Source of the DNA: Catajapyx aquilonaris
Lineage: Eukaryota
Direction: 5' to 3'
Assembly (NCBI GenBank): GCA_000934665.2
Contig: JYFJ02003591.1
Span: 1-39,733, forward strand
DNA length: 39,733 bases
The notes under the pieces are model-generated. The model did not search any database, was not told the origin of the DNA, and saw only the letters and a list, made by a program, of their open reading frames with translations. The translations under genes and the position numbers were made by a program. This document shows positions 29,230 through 39,733 of this stretch, one piece after another. How positions within the stretch are numbered: the stretch's first letter is position 1; each line of letters opens with the position of its first letter.

Positions 29230-32200
29230 TTACGCCGGATTTATGTTTTCCTTTCGGATTGGACGTTATTTTCGCAGGTCCTTTGTTCAGTTTATATTAG
29301 AATTTTTTTAAATGGCGGTTGAGTCATCTTTTAAAGGGCGTATAATGTTGAGCAATGGAGCAATATGGCGAGACTTCTGAGGGTCACGGTTGGGTACAGG
29401 AGCGGCGGAAGAGAAGCCGGTTCATGGAAGGCTAATTGCAGGAAGCCAGCTGGTTTATGGAGGGGAGAAAAATAAATGCTAAAACCTTACGTGTTTTGTA
29501 CGTTTGTGGCATTTAGTAAAAATGTTTCTGTGGCGGTGCCAACTACATTGTCGTGCAAAATTGCGAGAATAGTTTCTGACGGGTCCATTAGATTGCGGTG
29601 GAATTTAGGGAATTAGAGGTAGTGTCCGCGGTACCTGGTACCACTGCAGATGAGAGGAGCTGTGCAAAAAAAAGTACTCCATTGATCTTTTTCAGCTGCT
29701 GGGAACTAAACTGTCTGCTGACACGGAACGCTCAGGAAACTCTGATTTTTTTAAAGCGCTTTTATTCGGTCCACGTTCCAAAGAACTCGTATTCTGGATA
29801 AAAAAGAAAGAGCTGAATGTGTCGACGGGTAAGGAGGTCTAGTGACGTCATATTTAGGCAGTTGGTGGGGTCCCATAACTGGGAAGGTTTGAGCCAGGGG
29901 GTATATCGTTATAGCATCACGAAAGCGCCTCATTTCTGCGAAATTGGAAGATATCATGTTGTGGTAGAGGGAGAGCCGTTACTGCGAGTGTGGATATCGA
30001 TTTAGCGTGCCAAATGTACATATACATGCCTGATTTTCTTGAGTCAAAGTGAAGGGCACTGGTATTCAATCTTGCTAATGCAACATATCTAACGTTTGTA
30101 AAAATTGGCGGAGACGTCATTGGCTCACGTCAGAGGCGAATCGCACATAACGTGAGGTAGAGGCTTGGTTGTTACATAATTTATGTAGACGAACAATTGT
30201 GTTGCAGCAAACAACTAGTGTCACTTATCGCTTGTTAGATATTAGGTTGCGTAATGTGTCGTACATGGCGAATCAGGAGAGCGAAGGAAATAGTGCCTGT
30301 GAATAACCTCATCAATCTACCTACTAAAGCAGCTGGCGTGACCAGCTATCGCCACTGACTCATCCCGTATGTGTGATGTGTCCATGTCTCATCGAAGTGT
30401 GTTTTTCTGAGTGAGACAATGGCCATGTATCTTCTTGAAGTATTCAAACACTTGAGGAGGTTATCTCATTGTTTATAGCACTTATCCTTTCTCCCTAAGA
30501 ATGCCGTGTGTGTTTTCAAACGAATCACAGACAGCGCGAGGTTTAATATTTTCAAAGAAATGGGACTGATAATCAGTTTTTTTATCTCTTTATTACTGAA
30601 ATCTAATCAAGCCTGTGTTAGTTACATTACTACGTAAGCAAATGGGGTGTCTAATATCGCTGTAGTTATTGTGCATTTCAAGGGCTCGCTCTGCGAAGCT
30701 TTTGTTTCCAATAAAACGAAAGGCATTGAATTTTCACTCATTAATACTGGTTAACCATAAGCGACATACTTCTGCCTGTAAATTCGGTCCGCCACGGTGA
30801 TTTATCTATTACGTCAACAACTCTGCGTTCGTGTCTGTGATAATCATCGTGGTGTTACCAACTTTAATTACTTGAATTGGTACACGTCTCTTTGTAACCT
30901 AAATTGACTGTAACCTAAATTGAAAATACTTCCACTTTGAATGATTCTAACATGGGGCGAAGTATTTCTGTATGAACCCAATGGTAACATATCTGAATAA
31001 TTAAGAGTAAACAACAAGTTCATATACTAAACATGAAAAACAACCACGAAATAGGACCTTGACTGTCTGGTTTCAGTGTTCAGTTGCCCTAAACTTGGAT
31101 GTACAAACCAGTATTCACCCTATGGGTTTTGTGGTCCTTTTGAAAGTGATTGCTGTGAGAGATGGTGCCTCCCGCACCTGGCCATGTTGACACCCAAACA
31201 CTTTTCGAGGTGGATGGCCTGATGGTGTGTTTTTAAAACCCGGCCATGTGACCGCTAGGGCCATACAAACAGCGCAGGCGTGCCATATGGCTTCTTTCGA
31301 GCGCCTTTTTCCAACCCAGAGGAGCTGCCGACGACACGCGCCGAGATCCAAGAAAATTGCTCATAATAATCAGGAAATTCGGCTGAAAACGAGCCTCTAC
31401 AAGGGGGGAAGGCACTCGAAGGAAGACTTTTTCGGACGAGTGTTATTACTTTTCTTAAGGCGCCATTTATCTGCGGATCGTCCAAAGCAAAAGGCTAGAA
31501 GCAAGTCCTGAAGAGAGAATCAATTTGGGGAGTACGTGGCGCGCGCATCGTAAACATAGGATCGGACGCCTCTCTGACACAACATGGCGGATATACGTCT
31601 CGACTGACTGGCGAATTCCAGTAGACACGGAAGCAATTTGGCGGGCGTTAATTTGGGAGCTGATTCTGTGGATGGGCCTCCGCCCTATCAGAGTAAGAGC
31701 TGGAAGAGGAAAAAAATGTATATAAAAGGATGTATAATCGGATGGCACGGAAAGGGGCGAAACCCTGCTCTTTGGCACGCCATGACAGGGACGCCATGAC
31801 GGAGGGATGACGTGAAAAGGCTGACCCCATAGAGTGCTTGATGTCTCAGCACGTGTCAACCTTGGGGCAGTGCGGTGGATATAAGAAGGAAGTGAGTGTG
31901 CCGGGAATCACACTTGGCTACACTTTTGGAGGTTATGTTGAGCTGAGTGCTAGCTGAATGAGGAACCTGAGCTGGTGGATAGAGAGGAATTAGATTTTGT
32001 TTTTGTTTTTTCGAAATATTAAATCCATATGTTTTGAGTTTTTCCAGACGATCCAATGTCCAGGACGATTTCAGTGGAAGCCCACACCAATGCAATCAAG
32101 TGGAAGAAAGTGTGCGAAACAAGCGCATTATTTACGAAGAGTGGGCGTAAATTGTAGAGTTCTTCCAAGCTGAATTGCACTTTTGCGAAAGTTGAGGTGA

Positions 32201-35200
32201 CGATGCAAGTTCACGGAGGTTTCGAACTCTGTTGTGCTACAATTCTCCTTCCAAGAAAGTGAAAACCTGCCGCGACCTCTCGTCAACTGCAGTACCACAA
32301 CGAGGGTCAAGCACGTAAAGGAAAAGTGCAGCAAAAAGTCTGTCTTCACACAGGAAAAAAAAGGGAGGGAAGAGATGTCCTCAGGATCAAGTGAAAACTA
32401 GTGAAGCAACAATCACAACTTCCCCTTGGGCTAGCTACGGTTCGGTTCCGCAAAAAAAGGAAGGGAACCCATCAAAAAAATTTGTCGTTAAGTCAAACAC
32501 CCTGCGGATGTGATATTTCTTCTTAGGAAAGCACAGGGGATGAACCGTGACAGTTATAATGCTATACCGGTGTGGTTTCCCCCCCTATTTAATCTTAGTG
32601 TTTGAAGGGCTTGTTGAGGGACTGAAAATGAAAACAGATACAGAGTAGGTATGGAGTTTATTGTAGCTAATACTACTGATTAATGTGCGAAAAGGCCTGA
32701 ATTTGCATAGAAGAGAGATGAAAATAATTGTAAATTTTCACATAGTGAATAAAATTGCACATACAGTTTTCCTATGTAAAGTACCGTCCTATACATCGTT
32801 ACCTATGCAAATAATTGGATTTATGTAGTTTTTTCACCAACGCGAACTTTCCCAGCATGGTCCCTTGCTTATTCGAGTTACAGAAGTTTGGCTGTTACGT
32901 AATTAGGTTGAACCTTGCGATGGAAAATTTTGTCCCCATCCTTGAAATGAGATTCCAGGGGCGTCCTTTTGCTCCAATTTTTTTTTAATTAAATAAAAAC
33001 GTTGATTGCGCAAGCAAAGCTGTTGGACACGATAAGGTAGGAATGGAAGCGTGGCAAATGGCATAGAATAGCCCCTTAATTTCCTGTTGCGCAACGTCCT
33101 CCCCTTTCCCCCAATGGCCCTGTCTATTATTGTGTTTGGTGCTGAACTCGGTAGCCAGTACAATAATAATCCGGTGGAAGGAGAATACGTAGGGAAAAAA
33201 GAATGAATCCGTGTGGCATGCAATGAGAATTCCACTTGTTCAGGCCCAGAAAACACATCCGGGACCAACCGTTCCGCGCTATTTATTTATTTACCTGTAT
33301 ATGTACTTATTTACTACATGCACGCTTCATTGTAACTTATTTAGTGCATTTTGCAGTGATTAACTTGATATCAGTCCACTGATTAACAATTCACTGTCGC
33401 CTGATTAATTACATAGCACGTAGCTTGCTCGATCAGGTTAATTACATGATTACATTAACCAGCTTACTTGGGAGGCAGCTAGTTAATGATCTTGCATTAT
33501 GTTTCTTATACTGTTATCTTTATTGCTCATTTCCTGACTACCTTTGTGAGTAATGCATTGATGGCCTGGTGCTGCACCTTAGAAAGTAACAAGGAGTAAT
33601 AAAGATACTGGTGCACTACACATTACATAGAGAAAGTATTAAAATGTGTATGTTTTTTTTAAAAGAGTATAAACCCATAGCGAAGCAATTCGCAAGGAAT
33701 ATTGCGGCGAGGATATGAGGAACCCAGCTGTGTTTAGTTGCTAAAGTCGTGGGGATCACCGGATATCACTGTTATTTATGGGGCATGGGGCGTGCCATTC
33801 TACGCTACGAAGTGCACCAAAAATGTGGCCTGATATTGCTCCAGCGGCTTGTGGAATTGAGCCATATTTTCTAGCATTTTCTGCACGCTTATCAGAACAA
33901 ATTCCCAGCTAATATGCAGCAAATAATTTTTTGATATTTGACATGCACGATGTCATTTTGGCGATGCATTCGCGTGCACTGCAGTATATATTATGCAGTT
34001 GTGTGCGCGCGGAAGTGACATCACTGCTGGATGAAGTGGTACTCATGCCGGAATGTTACATTATGTTTCAGAAGAATACGATGTGCTCCTCATATTGATG
34101 CCATTCAGCATGAATTTCCCACGCGAATGTATAAGAAGTGTACTGCTACGGTATAACGGTGATATAACTGAACAGTTCACTTATAAAATGAGATTGAATT
34201 GCTAGTTTTCGCATAAACCAGGATCAGACCTATTTGCAACATTTTATGACCGAAGTAACTGTGCTTAAAGTTAGGCTTATGACTGTCATGTAATTCCCCT
34301 GAAATATTGAGGGTTCATATAACTGTATCAGAGTGCAAATCTCACAGCCTCACTGGTGTACACAGCTATATCAGGGAATTTTAACAACACCTGATTTACA
34401 TTTGAGGCCAAGATTATTATGGAAACCGTTCCCTTTTCAAAATATGAGTTCAAACCCATCTTAGAATACTAACTCTACTTTGGAAGATATTCTGAAAATG
34501 CACCGTCGTTTTATTCAGGTTACCTGGTGCCCTGTATTGTGTCCGTACCATAATGCAGCCATTTGGAAGATGCCATTTGAAGCCACTCGGATCGTGTTCT
34601 AACAGTGCGTAACTCGATATATGGTGGTGACCCATTTCTAGACCTTTATTGCTGCCGCATTGTTGGCCGTTCACAAAAGGAGCTGTGATTGAAAAGGGCG
34701 TGGGTGGACTTTTTATGTTTCCTATTCACGCCAATGGAATTCGACCCAATCTCACCTGGGAGGAGATCACGTATAGAGCTATAGAGAAAGAGAGAGAGAG
34801 GGAGAGATGAGGAGGAGACTGGAGAGGTATTTAGTTAGGAGAAAGGGAAAAATAGATATCTCCACCTCTGTTTTATTTTCCCAGCTTCCCCTGCAGCAGA
34901 CAATGAGGCCCTCGTTATGAAACCAGTCTGCGTTCTCATTACGCCTGGACGTAACAATAGGCGCGGGTGTCGTATTTTCAGTGGGAAAGTACGTAAATGG
35001 CCCAGGGATTTCCATTTTTTTACATGTTCTCTCGGAAGCGCGTGTGCAGTATCTGCAATATTTTCTTGGTTAGGCTAAAATATGTCTACAATTTTGATCC
35101 ATTTCTTGGCGTAAAACCTGCATATTGTTCCGCCAAAATTTTCTGGACTGTTGTTTGTTACACGCGACAGTAATAAACCGATGGATTCCATTGTCAGCAT

Positions 35201-38200
35201 GACACTGTCCTTTTATCGTTTCTTAAGGTAGATAGATCGAGTAAATGTATGCATTGCGTGCAGCTCAATAATACTTCATAGTGGACAGTCGGGCTGTAAA
35301 AATTTCTAGTACGTCCCTTTGAGGTCACATTTCGTCATGCACAGATATTACTAGTATTTATCTTAGGGGAGGTGCTTTGGAATGTAATGATACAGAACGG
35401 AAGGCAACTTTCAGTGAAAGGAAACTTACCATCAGCAGCACAAAAAAGTGGGTGTTTGGGTATTCATCCTTGGATCCCATAACTCACTCTCTCTTCTTAC
35501 AAATGACGTTACGTGATGGACACAATCGTCATTTCGTTGGCCACCATGCTTTCGTTTTCTCTATACTTTTTTTTTTTTCGCTCAACGTTGTCCCATTATA
35601 TGTGCCGCCCGCTATTGTGAACATAGCAGCTTATTGCTCTAGGAACCTTATTTCATGTCATGTCACTGGCAATCTTAATTATGTTTCTGTAGAGTAGGGT
35701 ATTGGACCTGGTTGTTGTTGGTGATGATTATGCCAGCTTTAATTTCAAGCAGTGGAGAGTGTATGCCACTTTCGTTCTCTTTTTATGATCACTAAATTGC
35801 TTGTCTCTTGCTGCCTCTTCCTTTGCTGTTCGTTGCAGCAGGTACTTACTATTAGTTTCACTATCGCGTGCTGCGTATTTTATTCCCAATTAAAACGCAT
35901 ATCAGTGCGTATCCTACGGCACTTAGGGTGTGGACCTTTTTTCCCCCCTCGGACTCAGCAGTTTGCAAAAAGTTGTGGCGATTTCTCCTCAACGGTCGTA
36001 AAAATGACAAAAAGTCACGGCTGGCCGACCTGACGAATATTATTTCCTAATTTCTAGCAATAAAACGATATAATCTGAGCCGATAATTCATTTTGTCCTC
36101 TCTCTTCTCGGGAAATGTTGACTGGGTCGCCATATTTTAGAGGTTTTTTTTCCGGAAGTGGTCGGCTCTGAAGAAGGCAAATGGAGGAAAAGCACTGGGT
36201 TTTTTGTAGGCTCTCATACAAATTGCAGCATGCACGCCTATACTGATGAGGTAGGTTCGTGTTTGAGATGGAAAGGGCAAAGATCTCCATTTTGCATTCC
36301 GTATATCCTCAGGCAGAAGAACATTGGCCTCTTTTTCAGTTTTTGTTTCCAGTAGTGTCTTAAGTAGCTTCAGAGTGGATTTAATGCAAAAAATTATGGT
36401 CCCAAATATGAATTTTTAAATAATTGCGTCGCCAGAAGCTTGGCGTTATTCATGTTTTGTGTATGGCAAAATGTATAGTTCAGGATCCCAAGGCCAATGT
36501 AGGTTTTGTGCTAAAAATTTTGAAAGGCAGTTCGAGGTAATAAAGGAATGAAAGGGGAAGTTGTCGCAATTTTAGATGACCTTCCTCTGTTAACCGTAGA
36601 TGAACTATGCAGATGCCAGGACCGGGGCTGATTCACCATTCCCCCCTAATCTGTAAGGCATTGTGGGCAGGAGGATGCACTCCTTTTGAATTGGTGCATG
36701 GGAAGGAGTGGGTATGTGTGGGAGGCTCTGTTGTTTCCCACAGCGATAAATAAGGGCACAAAATATTGCAATCGCAGAAAAGTCGTGCTAGGAAAGTTTG
36801 GAAAATTTTTGTGTACGGGAGACGAAAGTTGTGATATGTTGGTCGTGTTGTGACATCTGTGGAAATATATGTCATATCTTTCTGTAAGTGGTCGGACGTG
36901 GTAGCAACGACCGACCCTTAATAATGATGGGACAGCAATAATATTGATACTAGTTCCTCCTGCTATCCACCGGAGGCGCTGCTTTCCCCATTGCGCAGGC
37001 GCAGAACGGGGGCCAATACAACGAATGATTGTGATATTAATGTTAATACATAATAAGGATGATGGTAAATGTGAGGTAACGCCACATATTCTGTCGGCGT
37101 ATGGTGTTGACCTACTTGGAACCCGGCAATGGCCCTCTATTGTTGGTGGAAAATTCGCTGAACGGGGCAAGGCCACACTTATTCTTGGTCATTTCACGCC
37201 GTCAGGGTCCATTGACTTTTGTTTCTATTGAAAATCTCCCGCGTCGATTTGTAACGACCCGATAAAATGAGATCAGGGTTTCCTTTTCCTTTTGTTTGGT
37301 TAAGTGTATTTCCTGCTGACACCAAGGGATTTGTGTACCTATAGTGATAAATGCAGGACTATGCAAATGTCCGGGAAGGGTGGAGATGACCGGGGTCATA
37401 TGTACTTTTCTATGCTGGATCTAATTAAGGCGCAAGTTAATGAAATGAGATTCCTGTTTTTTTTATTCGGAGTTCCTAGACACCCGTTTCCGCCATTAGG
37501 GGAAACTCGATCTCCATCTTTTTTCTCCTTCCGTCCAGGTCATAAATTGAATCCCGGGTAGTCCGGACCCAGGTCACGTCCTGGGGTGACATGATTTGAT
37601 TGGGAATGGGATACTTTTTGTGTCTCGGTTGGTGATGTCGGGAGGGTTACACGAAAACGTGCTGTTTCAGACATGGACTGCTCCATTGGACTAGTCACGT
37701 GTCAATTGGATTTTTTGGCTTCGACGACACGGAGTGACTTTGTTGTCTACTTGGGAGGTGCGGTTCAAATCAGAAATGACCACAGTTTGTCACAGTGGAT
37801 TAGCTTGTTTTCCAGTAGGTTGGCATAAATCGATTGAGGTCTATTGGTTTTCCCTTTCGTATTTAAATTGCTAATTTCTACTGGACTAGCATGTAAAAGT
37901 AAACAAAGGGGGACATTTTGTGTCTTCGTGGTCTATCAGCATGTGCTGAAGTAGCAATGAAAGACGTGCTACTTTCAGTCGTAACAATTAATGGCATTAT
38001 TTTAAAGCACTTGGCCGTAAATTACTATACAGTGTATTCCTTTAAGTGCAGTATAAAATATCTTAAATTATTCGTCATGCACTGACCTCAGACCCATAAT
38101 GGTTACAGTAATTTTTTTAGACTTTTTGGATTTATGGATGCATGGTACAGTGCGTCCGCATTAATGTTAATTTGGCTATGATGTAGTAGAGAGGGTTTTG

Positions 38201-39733
38201 TGGCATCCATACAACACTTGCCTGACTAAAATTGTGTTCATTGCAGCCCTGTCACTAAGCTGACATGATATTTCCCGCTGTTGACACGCAGTATGAACTG
38301 TACAGTATTTAGCATCTCTGATGTTTATGCATTACACACAGTATTTACGGGAATGCTTCTCTATTTTGCAGAAACAGCTTCCCACATTGCATAGCACTAG
38401 CAGTGTGATAAGAATTTCAGTAACGGCAGGCATTGACGCAATGAAACCAAAAGTAACTAATTGAAGTGCAGGATTTTGCTTATAAACGACAATGCAAATG
38501 AACGAGGTACGTCGAATTTAACTACGATATATTGTGATCTGATACGCCAGCATTTGAGAGTCGACAATCAGGAATTGACACAAATGTGAGCCATATTTCA
38601 CCGGAGTGCAAGCGATATGTGACGACACGACCCGAACGTTGCCATTTAGCCCGGACTAAGTAGGACATTGTGCTAACACACGGATGGTAGCCTGGAAGGG
38701 CGTACTCGCATGTGTCAAAGAGACATGCACAGTTCACTCGGGTATGGCAAGGTTTTTCCATCTACCCATCCCCACCTGTCCCCTAGAAAGAAAGGCGGAC
38801 GTTTGTTTCCGGCAGCCTGGCAACAGCGTGTGACGGATGGGTGCGCCATCTTGCGCAGATGGCATGCGCAGTGGGCTCTCGCGTCAAACATGGCTGACCA
38901 GCCAGTCAAACGCGTCCACAAGGCCACGTTTTGTGATTTTTTTTCCCCCGCTGCGTGTCAGTCACGAATTAACGCATTTGATGACACGTAATGAATTGGA
39001 CTCATTTCAGGTACAGAGATAGAGAGATGTGTTCACTAAAGCTGAAATGTATTGCATTTATAATAGGAAGCTCAATGCCGGAATATGGGAGGAGCTGGTA
39101 CTTTCTAATATTTATGTAATTAACGAGTGTCTCAAGGCATATTTCTTTCCCGTATGAAATAATCTCTGCAAGTGTCATGCACATGAAAGTTTGTGGATTT
39201 AATGGAGAGACGTGGGGAAATATATGGTGGTGAAAACGTGCATTGTTTTACATTAATTTCTTAGTGTGGCAGGTTATGTTTGCGCTTTTTTTTGTGCTTT
39301 GCTTTTTTGGTTACAGTCACATCTGCCTAATGGGACATTTTGTATGTCTCATGACCAAAGTTTCGACGCCTATAGATTTTTCCTCAGTCCTTATTGGTCT
39401 TTGCAGGTAGATAGTTTCCCACCTGGAGAAGAAAACTTTGTACCTTTTTCTCCCCATTCCGTAGAATAGACTCATGTTCCTGTGGGAGACGCGACTTTCT
39501 CCAAAATACTGTGCATGTGAATTACGCAACGCGATTGACATGAAGGTGACCTGAAAGTCGAGCCCTGGAATTTGTATTTAGTTAATTGAAATACTTCACG
39601 AGTTTTCCTTGGGATAGCGAATGCCAATAGTATTTTACATGGGAAATAAAAGGAACATTGTCTTTTCATCTGTGACCGGCAATTTTAGCTCTATTCATTG
39701 GTGCTTCTCTTTAAATAAGAGTCAAATTGATTT

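Noticed and set aside
30893..30923. 16-bp tandem duplication (TGTAACCTAAATTGA x2)
   Set aside because: An ordinary local slippage duplication.
36646..37231. 176-aa minus-strand and 95-aa plus-strand ORFs
   Set aside because: Neither has a recognisable motif or convincing splice boundaries, and both are consistent with chance ORFs.

Overview
Eukaryotic, animal-type genomic DNA, most likely from a non-dipteran arthropod or other protostome. The left half holds two intron-containing genes on the minus strand. The first is a PAQR3-like 7-TM receptor gene with 6 coding exons (8068->1008, 279 aa). The second is a UBE2D/effete (UbcD1/UbcH5) E2 ubiquitin-conjugating enzyme gene with 6 coding exons (17934->12128, 147 aa). 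About 2 kb upstream of UBE2D, a divergent plus-strand unit appears to start at a textbook Inr+DPE core promoter (A+1 = 20141). It has a probable ~507-nt first exon, followed by ~19 kb with no recognisable coding exon, which is likely one very large intron. The non-coding DNA is rich in short foldback or palindromic elements, including Tc1/mariner- and Tc2-type MITEs, a tRNA-derived SINE-like head, a 31-bp minisatellite and a 249-nt bulged rod-like hairpin in UBE2D intron 5. Almost all entries in the ORF track are spurious. I found no evidence of a novel multi-gene system. The best leads are the long intronic hairpin, the unidentified Inr/DPE transcription unit, and atypical 3' splice sites with displaced polypyrimidine tracts.
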